Assembly (NCBI GenBank): GCA_002269645.1
Contig: NIVC01001176.1
Coordinates: 280,245-344,244 of the forward strand
DNA: 64,000 nucleotides
From: Macrostomum lignano
Taxonomy: Eukaryota
Direction: 5' to 3'
The notes under the pieces were generated by a model. That model ran no database searches. It had not been told where the DNA came from and saw only the letters and a program-made list of their open reading frames with translations. Shown in pieces: positions 11,963-22,230 of this stretch. The first letter of the stretch is position 1; each line of letters begins with the position of its first letter. A program made the translations under genes and the position numbers.

Positions 11963-13060
11963 GATCATATACTGAATCTGATCATATAGTGAATCTGATC
12001 CTATTGTGAATCTGATCCTATAGTGAATCTGATCATATAGTGAATCTGATCATATACTGAATCTGATCATATAGTGAATCTGATCCTATAGTGAATCTGA
12101 TCCTATTGTGAATCTGATCCTATGTGAATCTGATCCTATTGTGAATCTGATCCTATGTGAATCTGATCATATTGTGAATCTGATCCTATTGTGAATCTGA
12201 TCCTATGTGAATCTGATCCTATTGTGAATCTGATCATATTGTGAATCTGATCCTATAGTGAATCTGATCATATATTGAATCTGATCATATAGTGAATCTG
12301 ATCATATAGTGAATCTGATCCTTGTGAATCTGATCCTATTGTGAATCTGATCCTATTGTGAATCTGATCCTATTGTGAATCTGATCATATAGTGGATCTG
12401 ATCCTATTGTAAATCTCTGATCATACAGTGAATCTGATCCTATTGTGAATCTGAACATATTGTGAATCTGATCATATAGTGAATCTGATAATATCGTGAA
12501 TCTGATCATATAGTGAATCTGATGGAGTGTATGTATTAATTTTAGAGATTTTTGTTGTACAACAATATATTATCGCTATTGTTTTAGAATAATGAATATT
12601 TTATTAGTTTAGTCTCAAATGCATGACAATTAATAATCTGCTTGCCGAACATTCTGCTTAAAAACTCATCTAAATTTACTAAAATGCAATGATATCGGAA
12701 AACAACAGAAATTCGTGTTTGATAGCATTTTGTTCTGCATTATGCACCCTTATTTTTAGTTAAGATTATTTAATTACCTGTGTGGCATAATAGCTGATAT
12801 ATCTATAAATTTATTTATGTCATGATGACACCACCTCTACTGCAGTTACAAACCATTGGCATAATCAAATTTCATTCCGCAGACTTAAACAACAGTTCAT
12901 AATTTTGTTGTTCTTTGGTCTGAGTTTTGCAGGCATAATAACTATATATATTATTTATTTATTAATTAATTAGTTATTTAGTGAACTATTGTCTGTACTT
13001 TGCCGTTAACTTGCTTGTGCTGTTGTGCTGCTTTGTAGTGATAATTGGCACCGCCCGTAA

Positions 13061-13240
13061 CAGGGACTACCTCAAACACCGGGACGGGAGACTAAAGTTT
13101 TTTACGAGGCTGGCTGGCAATTATTTGCATTAGAGAGATGCTGTGTTGCTTTGTTGTCTATGGTTATTTTCTACTGCTGATAAAAGACCAGCCTCGTAAA
13201 AAATTCCTAGTTTCCCGTCCCGGTGTTTGAGTAGTCCCTG
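13061..13240. mobile_element. hAT-type MITE (family 2), 180 bp
   Basis: ~55-bp imperfect TIRs CAGGGACTAC..CAAACACCGGGACGGG / CCCGTCCCGGTGTTTGAGTAGTCCCTG, with an exact 8-bp TSD GCCCGTAA. Confidence 0.9.
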
Positions 13241-13464
13241 GCCCGTAATTTATTCTGCGGCACAGAACCCCATCTGGCTACTAATAGTAGGCCGGATCGT
13301 TTTCATTAATGATTAAAAATTGTTTTAATTGTTTGATGCAGAATCATTCCCGGAACCGGAACCTTTTTCTATTAGACTTATGGGGGAACCTTTGTCCCCC
13401 CAATAATAAGTCTAATAATAGACTTAGAGTCTAATAATAATAATAGTAGATTAATAATATTTGA

Positions 13465-13750
13465 TTACACCTGCCCTAATGGCCAGATGTGCAACCGACA
13501 GCTCAGTTGCAGCTATTGCGCAGCGCATCTGAAGGCTGCGTACGGCTGTTCAGTCCAAGGACTGGGTGGTCGCCACACACACCCTCAGTTACCCCAGCTA
13601 ATGCTGGCACCCATTTTACAGCTGGGTGAGCTGAAGCAATGCATGGTTGAGTGTCTTGTTCAAGGACCCAAATTGTTCGAGTGGGATCGGGAATCGAACC
13701 CCCGACCTTCAAGTCGCGAGTCCGACGCTCTAACCACTAGGCTACAACCT
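13465..13750 (-). mobile_element. tRNA-derived SINE family A (CORE-like middle), copy 1
   Basis: Minus strand starts GGTTGTAGCCTAGTGGTTAGAGCG (A box) ... GGTTCGATTCC (B box), then CCTTGAACAAGACACTCAAC...CTGTAAAATGGG, with a TAT/ATT-rich tail. A second copy lies at 63124-63408. Confidence 0.85.
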
Positions 13751-14256
13751 CTTATACTATTGACTAAGAGTTTATTTAATAAGGGATCATTTCCGGTTCC
13801 GGGACTCCAATTGAAGCCCCAAAACCTCCATTTTTATGCAAAATTTAATGACGCGAGTCCAATCAAGCAGGCAAAACCATTTTACCATGGCTATTTCGCC
13901 TCCTCACTTCTTCGACGAGTGCATGTACTTTTTAAAAAGGTCAATTAATATATCCATACCTTTTCAGGGGCTGTAAACAATCATTTTGGCCCCTCCAGTC
14001 TCGCAGCTCATTTTCAATTATTTATTAGCTGATTAGTAAGCTCTTTTGCTCAACTCGAACTGAGAGACGGCAAACGGACGAACTAATGTCAGTGCAAAGT
14101 TCGAATGGCCGCGCAACTGCTGTGCCGTGCAGTTCTGCAAATGCAAATCAGCAGCCCTTGGACAGGCAGGTATTCGGCATAACAGCAACTTGCGTTAAAA
14201 AAAGGGACGCTTAAAAAGCAGAAGACGGCCTATGCAATTTCTGCAGCAGCTTTAGA

Positions 14257-14772
14257 ATGGCTTCTAGCGGCCAGCCGCAGCCTGCCGGGGTGCGCCGGAC
14301 TCGTTCCGACGCTCGGCGACATCGACAACCTGTGGGGAGCGACAATGTCAACATTGAGAAGACCCCTCCGACTGCCGAAGTCGCCTCTCCATCGTCGGGC
14401 GGGCGAGCACTTCGACGGAGCTGCTCAACCCTGATGCCGCAGCAGCAGCCGCCGCAGTCCTGCGCCTGGTACGAGGAGCTCCTTCGACGTCGCCGACAGA
14501 GGCAGAAGTCGGCCGGCGGGACAGGCGACGCCGGTGCAGCTGTTGAAGAAGCGCAACAGCGAGCCGCCGCTCTCCTCGGTGGCTGCCAGGTCTTCGTCGT
14601 GAAGCCACCGCCGTTGGAGCGGCGGGAGGATCAGGACTCGACGGTCTCTGCCGCTGCTGCTGCTGCGGCTCGAGCTTCGAGGAAAAAGTCGGAACCGCCT
14701 GGACAGAGCAGCAGAGAGTCGAAGCCGGCCTACTGGCGGCAGGGGGGCGCAGTGCGGGGCAGAAAAGCCTGA
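14257..14772 (+). CDS. Possible single-exon low-complexity protein (171 aa), unassigned
   Basis: GC-rich ORF with the Ala/Gln composition of neighbouring exons and an AG just before the ATG. No recognisable domain. Confidence 0.3.
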   Translation: MASSGQPQPAGVRRTRSDARRHRQPVGSDNVNIEKTPPTAEVASPSSGGRALRRSCSTLMPQQQPPQSCAWYEELLRRRRQRQKSAGGTGDAGAAVEEAQQRAAALLGGCQVFVVKPPPLERREDQDSTVSAAAAAAARASRKKSEPPGQSSRESKPAYWRQGGAVRGRKA

Positions 14773-14920
14773 GAGATTCAGCTTAAACTTGTCGGATCAT
14801 CATCTCAGAAAATACTTTCGCGATGTTCAGACTTTTCATTTTGATAATTTCTGAAAAATAGGCTGTTTATTGTTTTTATTTCGTAGAAGAAACTTTTATC
14901 GCTTTTGGAAAGATTCTGCA

Positions 14921-15284
14921 GGATTTGAGATTCGATCTGGTGGGATTTGAGATTTGATCTGGTGGGATTTGAGATTCGATCTGGTGGGATTTGAGATTTG
15001 ATCTGGTGGGATTTGAGATTCGATCTGGTGGGATTTGAGATTTGATCTGGTGGGATTTGAGATTCGATCTGGCGGGATTTGAGATTCGATCTGGTGGGAT
15101 TTGAGATTTGATCTGGTGGGATTTGAGATTCGATCTGGTGGGATTTGAGATTTGATCTGGTGGGATTTGAGATTCGATCTGGCGGGATTTGAGATTCGAT
15201 CTGGTGGGATTTGAGATTTGATCTGGTGGGATTTGAGATTCGATCTGGTGGGATTTGAGATTTGATCTGGTGGGATTTGAGATT
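14921..15284 (+). repeat. 22-bp minisatellite (GGATTTGAGATTYGATCTGGTG)
   Basis: About 16 units. Confidence 0.92.
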
Positions 15285-15923
15285 TTATTTGGGATTTTGA
15301 TTAGATTCAGTGTTTCTTAAATTTAGAACACATAAAATATTTATTTCGCATACCCCTGTATCCTAAACTCGATAATATTTATGAATTAAAATCTCGGAGG
15401 TGTGCAATAAATGTATATGTAACCATAGGAAGGTTTAATTGCCTAGCAACTGACCTCAGTTTTGAAAATTCCTAATGCTTTTGCTCTTCTTCTGTTTGAC
15501 AACAGAAAAGCATAAAATAGAAGACGGTTTCTGGCTGACACAACAGCGTACAATTCATTTCAGCCACAACAGAAAAGTTGGCAGCCACGCCTGCAACCCC
15601 CCCCCCCCCTTAATCTATATGCATTGCAATCAGACGCTGGGTTCGTGTGCGCGTGTGCGCGCCTGAGTCAACTTGGAGGCCTCAGAGCTGGATAAGTCAA
15701 ACAATTGACAGAGAGGGGTGGGTCGGAGAGAATGGGGCTGACACAGCATGGACTGGCAAAAGGTGAGGCTCGTGGGAGCCCTCTGGATCTTTTTTTGGAG
15801 GCCGGTGCTCTAGCCTCCCCCCCCCCCTCCCTAGGTATATAATGTTGCCTAGAGCTGCTTGGCAGCTCGGATTGAAGTTCTAAGGAAATTTTCTTCAAGG
15901 TTTGCCTGCTCAAGCTTCGTGGA

Positions 15924-18874
15924 ATGAGGTACGGCCAGCATATGACTCTCTCTTCTCCCCTTGTGTCACCTCTCGTCTCTCTTCATCTCCCCTCATCTCT
16001 CATCTTTTCTCCCAGTCTTCTTCCTCTCGAATCTCTAAGTCTCTCCACCCGCTCCATCACCCGCACCCTCCCAGTCTCCCACCCCTCCATCACAGCACCC
16101 TCCCAGTCTCCCACCCTCCATCACAGCACCCTCCCAGTCTCCCCAGCCCTCCATCACACGCACCCTCCCAGTGTCCCCCTCCATTACCCGCACCCTCCCA
16201 GTCTCCCCACCCCTCCATCACCGAACCCTCCCAGTCTCCCACCCCTCCATCACAGCACCCTCCCAGTCTCCCACCCCTCCATCACCCGCACCCTCCCAGT
16301 CTCCCCACCCCTCCATCACCGAACTCTCCCAGGCTCCCCACCCCTCCATCACCGCACCCTCCCAGTCTCCCACCCCTCCATCACAGCACCCTCCCAGTCT
16401 CCCACCCCTCCATCACCCGCACCCTCCCAGTCTCCCCACCCCTCCATCACCGAACTCTCCCAGGCTCCCCACCCCTCCATCACCGCACCCTCCCAGTCTC
16501 CCCACCCCTCCATCACCGAACCCTCCCAGTCTCCCACCCCTCCATCACAGCACCCTCCCAGTCTCCCACCCCTCCATCACAGCACCCTCCCAGTCTCCAA
16601 CCCCTCCATCACCCGCACCCTCCCAGTCTCCCCACCCCTCCATCACCGAACTCTCCCAGGCTCCCCACCCCTCCATCACCGCACCCTCCCAGTCTCCCCA
16701 CCCCTCCATCACCGCACCCTCCCAGTCTCCCCACCCCTCCATCACCCGAACCCTCCCAGTCTCCCCACCCCCTCCAATCCTTGGCAGTTCACAGTCGCAG
16801 CAGCCGCGCAGCCGCCGCATCTCCATAGCGGATCTCGCCCGCGGCACTGGCGGCTCCATCGGCGGATCGTCGCACCGGTCCGGAGGCAGCGGCGCCACCT
16901 CGCCGTCGTCGCAGCAGCCGCCCCGTTTTGCCCTGCTGTCCCGCCGGGTGACCCGCCTGATCGGCCTGCAGAAGTCGCTTCGAGGCAGCGCCATCCGCGA
17001 GGACAGCAGCGCCTCGATTGTCGCCGACGATTTTATGACCCGGATGCGGCCGGACGAGGCGCCGAAGAATCCGCGATTCTCGGCCACGCTGTCCACGGAG
17101 GGTCAGTACGCCACGTTCAAGTGCTACGAGAGGCTGGCGAGGAACTGCATCTTGGCTGCCGAGCCCGTGGTGGCGTGAGTGCATGCTGTTAGCTGACTTT
17201 CTTACCCCAGGGGCCAGATAGAGAATGCAGCTCATGTCTGCGAGCGAGATGAGCGTGGAAAGGAGAGGGAATAGAGGATGAGAGATAAGAGAAGAGAGGA
17301 GAGGCGAGAGATGAGATGAGAGAAAAAAGAGGAGAGAAAATGGGAGACAGGAAGAGGAGAGAAGAGAGAGAAGAGAGAGAAGAGAGAGAAGAGAGAGAAG
17401 AGAGAGAGCTTAGCAGAGACACAAACCCTGAGCGGACCAGATTGCTATTGTGAAGTTTCAAAGCCCCCGAGTGCCAGATAGAGAGGCTTCGAGGGTTCGA
17501 GAGCTTTTTATCCATTGTTTCATGCATTTTACTCTTACAAGTATGCCGGATCTTTTATGATGTTGTGTCCTGATTAATTACGAATAATAACTAATATTTT
17601 TACTATATCCTATAAAGTATTGAATGCATTTAGCTCGTAATCATAATCGGCATAATTATTTTCTGTACGTTTTTTCCATATATTTCTACTATCAGTAGAG
17701 CATCAAATAAAATTAAAAGTAGCAACAAATGTTTTTTTTTATACATGTACCAACACCTGTATTATAAATTGTGCGCGTGCGTGTAAAATTATCTGTCTAG
17801 TAGTTTATTTCTCGTAACGGGATAAATTAGGAAAAATGGAGGACTTCATGTGAGATTAAGTCCCATTGCGCCGGTTTCTCAATCGGCGGACCTCACTATA
17901 CTGGACTGACGAAGGGAGAAGAATCATTAAAACCCGGATCCTTCTATCAGTCGGTCTTCCCGAAATTCACATGAGATCCCCATTTTTTTCCAGTTGTACA
18001 CTTTGAGGAAGCCCATGGTCAATGAGTTCTTGTCTTCTCCATGGCAACAAATAAGGCATTGGTTATGTTCTCTTGACTAGCCACTTTCGTCACGTGCTTG
18101 TATGAGCAAATTCACATCCGTTTACAGTCAATTTGAAGTGCTACATGTACTTAGTAGAATGTGTTTTGCGTACTAGCTACTGACAGTAGTTGCACGCTTT
18201 GGCTAGAGTTAATGGTTAGGGTTAGGGCTATACGGTTATTTTCTTAAAAACATCCGCCCGTCTCTCTCGGCCGAAGTCCGCAGGATTTGCCCCGCACTCG
18301 CACTCCGATGGAGATGATCCGGACTCGATTCGAGCTGGCCAATCAGCCGCAGCAACAGCAGCAGCAGCAGCAACAAGCGCAACGACGTGGTGACGCAAGC
18401 GGTGGCGGTGGAAACGGTGATGATGTAATCGAGTCCGCCAGCCGCAGCCAGTCGCGTCAGTCGGTTTCCGGCCAGCAAGCCGCAGCGGCAGCAACGGCGG
18501 CAGCAGCGGCGTCCACGGCGGAGATTCCGCTGCCCGGCTACTCGCTGACGGCCTACCGGGCTCCGTCGCAGCCGCAGCGGCCGCAGTCCCGTCGAATATC
18601 TCGAAACGAGCAGCCGCCACCGGCTGCGACAGCCGATGCCCAACTTGAGCGGCAGCTGCGCCTGAGCTACCGGCTGGAGAATGTGATGGAGATCATCGAC
18701 TATCTGCGGCAGAGGCGCGGCCAGGAGGCCGTGACCAATCAGCGATTCCGACGGCACCGGATCCAGCCGGCGGAGCACTACCAGGCCTGGGTGCGGCTCT
18801 GGAACCGGGACTTTGTCGTGCGGCCGCGCAGACCGGGTGACGAAGGCGTCCTGCGCAGCTGCCAGAACTACTAG
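15924..18874 (+). CDS. Uncharacterised protein (~329 aa), 3 coding exons
   Basis: Model 15924-15928 + 16788-17174 + 18277-18874 (990 nt, GT-AG, phases 2/2) gives one ORF, MSSQSQQPRSRRISIADL...QNY*. The first micro-exon is the least certain part. Confidence 0.6.
16040..16775 (+). repeat. C-rich ~31-32-bp intronic minisatellite (CCCTCCATCACCGCACCCTCCCAGTCTCCCCA)
   Basis: About 23 degenerate units; accounts for the Pro/His/Ser-rich ORFs. Confidence 0.9.
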
Positions 18875-18892
18875 CTAGAGTAGCTATAGAGA

Positions 18893-19161
18893 TTTTTATT
18901 TTTATTAGAGGCAGGGGGGGTTGTGTGCACCCTGGTGCACTTTAAGCGACATTGGCATACAACCGGCGAGAGGCATTGCTGCCCATTCCGCATGTACACT
19001 TCATTGCGCCTTGGGGGGTTGGCTCTCAAGGCCGTTAATTGCACGAGCAGAGCCAAGCCGAGATTCCAATTCAGCCCCAAATTAATGTGACTGCACTTGG
19101 AATCGAGCCTGGGTCGCTGGCACACCAGAGCCTGCGCTAGACCGCTGGGCTACAGCCCCCC
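18893..19161 (-). mobile_element. tRNA-derived SINE family B, copy 1
   Basis: Minus strand GGGGGGCTGTAGCCCAGCGG (A box) ... GGCTCGATTCC (B box) ... CTCTAATAAAATAAAAA tail, with a 12-bp TSD TAGCTATAGAGA. Confidence 0.9.
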
Positions 19162-19443
19162 TAGCTATAGAGAAGGATATATTCAAATCTCTCCTAAATT
19201 AATATCTAATTTACGAAAATTCGCTGTATGTCAATGCAGTCAATTTCGTAAGTATGAATCAAGTAACACATGTAAATGTGACTTTTGTAACGAGCGATAT
19301 AGAAATCACTTCAAATATTCTTAATTGCACATATATATTATACGTATATGGCTCATGTAAGTCAGGTAAAGTGGCTCGCTTGATGAAGAGTAGATAAATA
19401 AAGGTAAATATCAACATGAAGTTATTTATTTATTTATTTGATT

Positions 19444-19487
19444 GGCCGATGCATTTCGTCCATTTGCATTAGGACATCGTCAGGGTC
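19444..19487 (-). ncRNA. Minimal type I hammerhead-like motif (Penelope-type)
   Basis: GACC-CUGACGA-U-GUCC(loop)GGAC-GAAA-UGCA-UC-GGCC: core boxes, a 4-bp stem II, a palindromic stem III (AUGCAU) and an AUC site. Confidence 0.6.
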
Positions 19488-19540
19488 TTTTTATTTAAGA
19501 AACAATTTGAATGAATATTCAGTATCCTAATACTAAAACT

Positions 19541-21380
19541 TCCTAATACTAAAACCGACGCGATGTTTGTCTGTCTGTCTGTCTGTCTGTATGTTGCAAG
19601 TGAACTCCTACAATTCTGCCAAGTCAACGTCGAAACTTATATGGGAAAACTGCAAATTTTCCGGAGCAGGCTTTAGGCTATTTTAATTTTTAATTTTCAC
19701 ATTTTAACATCCCTAAAAAAGCAGAAAACTGCTTTTTTAACCCCCAATAACCTTCTTTGGTCACTCTGCCTGGGGCTTCAGCCAGTTTGTAAAAATAGCC
19801 ACCCCAACCTCCGCCCGCGGGCCGCTGTGTATTGAGGGGTGGTGGGTGCGCGTGTTCTGCGTTCAATGCAAATAAAACCCCCGCGTGTTGGGGGTTAAGT
19901 TCAATTTAATGATTCCCCCAGACTGGGGGGTTGGGCTTGGGCTGAGTGTACATAGCAGTTGTACAGTGTAAATAGATAGACTGTGTCGAGATTCATTTGG
20001 TTTTATTATTGGCAGCCCTGTGTATTAGTTTGGCAGTGAAATTCAATGAATAAACTTGCGAGCTTCTCTAGCAAGCAGTCGGGAAATCGGTAAATTTCAA
20101 ACGCTAACTGTTCCTCGAGTTTTAAACTTTGAGAGGAGAGACTTATATTGCTGGAAAGATCTTGCAACGCTGAGTTTGGGGATATAAGTTGTTTGCTTTA
20201 TATATGAAAAGAAAAAGCACAGCATTTGAAAAACTATTTTCATACTTTTAACTTTCTGCAAAGATTGTACTTAGTTTTGCGAGACGTAATAGATAAAGTT
20301 GGGGGAGGGTTCAACTTCTCACTGCTGCTGTGTATTGGAGGGTTGATTTAGATTGCGCAACTGTTTATTTAACTTTAAATAAGACTGATACTGTCTGACT
20401 GAGAAATGGTTTGCGCAATTAATTGATTCAATTAATTCAACACGCAGCTCTGTGCAGCTCGAACCCTAACCCTAACCAATGAATTCTGAAAGTTAAGTTC
20501 TTTTTGACAGAGAAAATTTCGATTGAGTCCAGTTTCACGGAGTATTCTGATGGTTTTCGGTTTCACGGAGAGGATTTATTTTTCGTGGAGAGAATTTAGA
20601 TGTATTTCTGTTTTACGGAGACGATTTTGATGGATGTCAGTTTCACTCAGAGGATTTCCATGGAGCCCAGTTTCACGGAGAGGATTTCTGTTTCGCGGAG
20701 AGGATTTCTGTTTCACGGAGGGATTTTGATGGATTTGGTATCTTCAGTCAGTCAGTAAAGAGAGTAAAGAGAAGAGTGAAAAGAGAAGAGAGAAGAGATT
20801 ATAGAAAAGAGAGTAGAGATGAGAGAGGACAGATTAGACATGACAGATGGGAGAGAAGAGGGGAGTAAGGCGGGAACGAAGAGGGAGAGAGAAGAAAAGA
20901 GGAGAGAGGAGATGAGAGGGAATATATGAGATAGCAGAGGGAGACAGGAGAGATGAGAGGAGAGAGAAGAGAGGAGCTGAGAGTAGAGGAGAAAGAAATA
21001 GTGAGATGAGGCATGAGGGATGAGAGATGAGAGAGGAGAGAAGAGAGGAGAGAGGAGAGAGGAGAAAACAGGGGATAAAGGAGACAGAAGAGAAAGACGA
21101 AAGACGAGGGAGAAGAGATAAATAAGGTGGTAGAGATGAGAGACGTGAGAGGAGAGAAAAGAGAAGAGAGGAGACAGAAGAATCTGAGTCTGGACAATGG
21201 CAGTCAGTTTTTGCGAACAGGGAAAACAAGATATGGTATTTGAAAGGCTTTACAGAGGATTTGGAGATGATTTGGAAGATGGGATTCAAGTCATGGAATT
21301 TCAGCTGATGGATTTCAGGGAATGGAATTCCGGTGATGGGAGTTCTTCCCCTTTCTCCTCCAGAGGAGGAGTTGGCCTCG
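19541..21380 (+). mobile_element. Helitron-like non-autonomous element, copy A (~1.84 kb)
   Basis: 5' TC end followed by (CTGT)n; the first 15 nt are duplicated at 19525, preceded by A. 3' hairpin CTCCTC-CAGAG-GAGGAG then CTCG|T. Internal GA-rich tract. Confidence 0.6.
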
Positions 21381-21573
21381 TATATAGATAGTTGAGAGTA
21401 ACAAGAGTAGTTGAATTGAGTTTTTAATTGATGGTTTAAAACTTGTACATAGTAATCAATTTTTTGATACAGTATTGGTTGGGTAAAGTGCATATATCAG
21501 TTTCATACATGTATATCAGGACAGTTATGCATTTTTTTAGCTGATTTGTCAGTGACCGGACTGGCTTGAAACT

Positions 21574-21615
21574 GGCTTGACGATGTCCTAATGCAATGGA
21601 CGAAATGCATCGGCA
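21574..21615 (+). ncRNA. Second hammerhead-like motif (C3-to-U variant), inverted relative to 19444-19487
   Basis: GGC-UUGACGA-U-GUCC-UAAUGCAAU-GGAC-GAAA-UGCA-UC-GGC, inside a ~100-bp inverted repeat (19385-19483 vs 21577-21671). Confidence 0.5.
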
Positions 21616-22230
21616 ACTCAAATAAATAAATAACTAACTTCATGTTGATATTTACCTTTATTTATCTGCTCATGTAAGTACATGTAAGTGTGTAAAAACA
21701 TCAGGGACAACTAAAACATATGAGCTCGTACTATATATGTGTACATGTTACATATGTAAATGATACTGAATTAGAATTAGCCAAGCTGCAAAAAACTGTT
21801 TACGTCAAAACTTATGTAAATAAAAATATGAATATTTGCAAGTGGCTTGCATGTTAGTACCAACTGCAACCCTTTCGGCGCTGAGCCATTTCTTTCCCAT
21901 TTGCAGCTGACCCCTGAGCACACATGTACAAGCGCTCAGATACTGTAAGCAGGTACGCACTTATACACACGTTCACCCAGTTGTCTGCTGGTGTACATGT
22001 ACAGCAAGCCCTGATTTTCTAATCGTTATGCATTTACACTCTTTCTGCCTTAGGGATTGACCGTCGTAATTAATTTAGCACGTACAATGTACACGGAATC
22101 GAACCAGGGGTCGTAGAGCCTACTGACAGTAGGGGGAAAGCGCATCGAAGCAAAATGTGCGGTTTTAAGATTGAAAAAAGATGCGTCCTCATCATGATAT
22201 TCTGACTTCAACGGCATTTAGTATTATGTA

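Larger units (their letters stand above)
8159..12522 (+). repeat. ~17-19-bp minisatellite (GTGAATCTGATCATATA) split by the LTR element
   Basis: About 3 units at 8159-8206 and about 30 units at 11963-12522. Confidence 0.85.

Noticed and set aside
13680-13750. tRNA-like sequence (also 63340-63408, 19090-19161, 62514-62580)
   Set aside because: These are SINE heads continuing into shared bodies and tails, with no complete cloverleaf.
13348-13802. 13-bp inverted repeat CCCGGAACCGGAA and a hairpin at 13370-13417 around the SINE
   Set aside because: Short, no TSD and no second copy in the window; not enough to call a MITE.
15902-17192. Pro/His/Ser-rich ORFs of 308-422 aa
   Set aside because: They come from the C-rich intronic array; only 16788-17174 behaves as an exon.
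20462-20478. Telomere-like (TTAGGG)2 strings (also ~18213 and ~23135)
   Set aside because: Only two units each; could be chance or carried within the repeat element.
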